Below are positions 63,791 to 64,000 of a stretch of 64,000 nucleotides of DNA, piece by piece. The translations under genes were made by a program, and so were the position numbers. This stretch comes from Guillardia theta CCMP2712 (lineage: Eukaryota; Protista; Cryptophyta): contig NW_005434573.1 of the NCBI RefSeq assembly GCF_000315625.1, positions 154,408-218,407 on the forward strand. Direction: 5' to 3'. Numbering within the stretch: position 1 is the first letter of the stretch; each line of letters begins with the position of its first letter. Below the pieces are notes generated by a model. The model did no database searches and had not been told where the DNA came from. It was given only the letters and a program-made list of their open reading frames with translations.

Positions 63791-64000
63791 GCGGCTACCG
63801 CTGACTCGGCTACCCGCGGCTGACTCGGAGCCTAGCGAGGAGGACTACATCGAGCGGTACCGTGTTCCTGTGTCCAGCCTCCCTCCGTCCGCTGCCCCAG
63901 GCGGACCCCCGGGCAACGCCGGCTCCTTGTCGGCGGCTGCCCTTTCTCCGTCCGCGGCCGCCCGCTTTGTGGCGGCAGCGGACGTCTCGACAGTAAATCC

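Larger units (their letters stand above)
59035..64000. mobile_element. Nested cluster of a CRE-like (restriction-like endonuclease) non-LTR retrotransposon, fragmented
   Basis: Plus-strand RT motifs LDAKNAFNSLDR (~59886), GVCQGD (~60304), VLAYADNVVLVG (60588) and LGGLPIG. RLE motifs KGDIH..MADVTL (~62150-62225) and EKIRKH..FIPLAISTDG. A minus-strand 3' fragment lies at 59035-59830. Confidence 0.88.

Overview
Eukaryotic nuclear DNA, gene-dense, with many short (about 45-60 bp) GT-AG introns. The gene content and style suggest a flagellated alga, most plausibly a cryptophyte such as Guillardia theta (inference, not confirmed). There are two assembly gaps (7091-7190, 60186-60285). Genes in order: PP4R1-like HEAT protein; an internally deleted CDC7-type kinase with a 72-bp coding repeat; a small microexon gene; a coiled-coil protein; an ARM-like protein; a divergent class II PRPP synthetase; an NRPS-like A-T-R-SDR enzyme resembling the fungal glycine betaine reductase ATRR; a bHLH-PAS-like factor; a signal-anchor protein; an SSRP1/Rtt106-like chaperone; a BTB protein; a mitochondrial-carrier-family protein; and a roughly 4,700-aa HYDIN. 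The most unusual region is the last 5 kb. It is a restriction-like-endonuclease (CRE-type) non-LTR retrotransposon whose ORF is interrupted by about 15 miniature copies (10-310 bp) of its own 3' terminus. These occur in both orientations, several with target-site duplications, and include tail-to-tail palindromes and a twin-priming inversion. The result is a repeat/spacer-like array whose terminal motif resembles a telomere repeat. Intergenic DNA shows a recurring pattern of GGGGT/ACCCC zones, AT cores and CpG-rich micro-palindrome islands. The retroelement copy next to one island appears to have been rewritten by insertion of island-type motifs. All gene models were read by eye and their boundaries are approximate.
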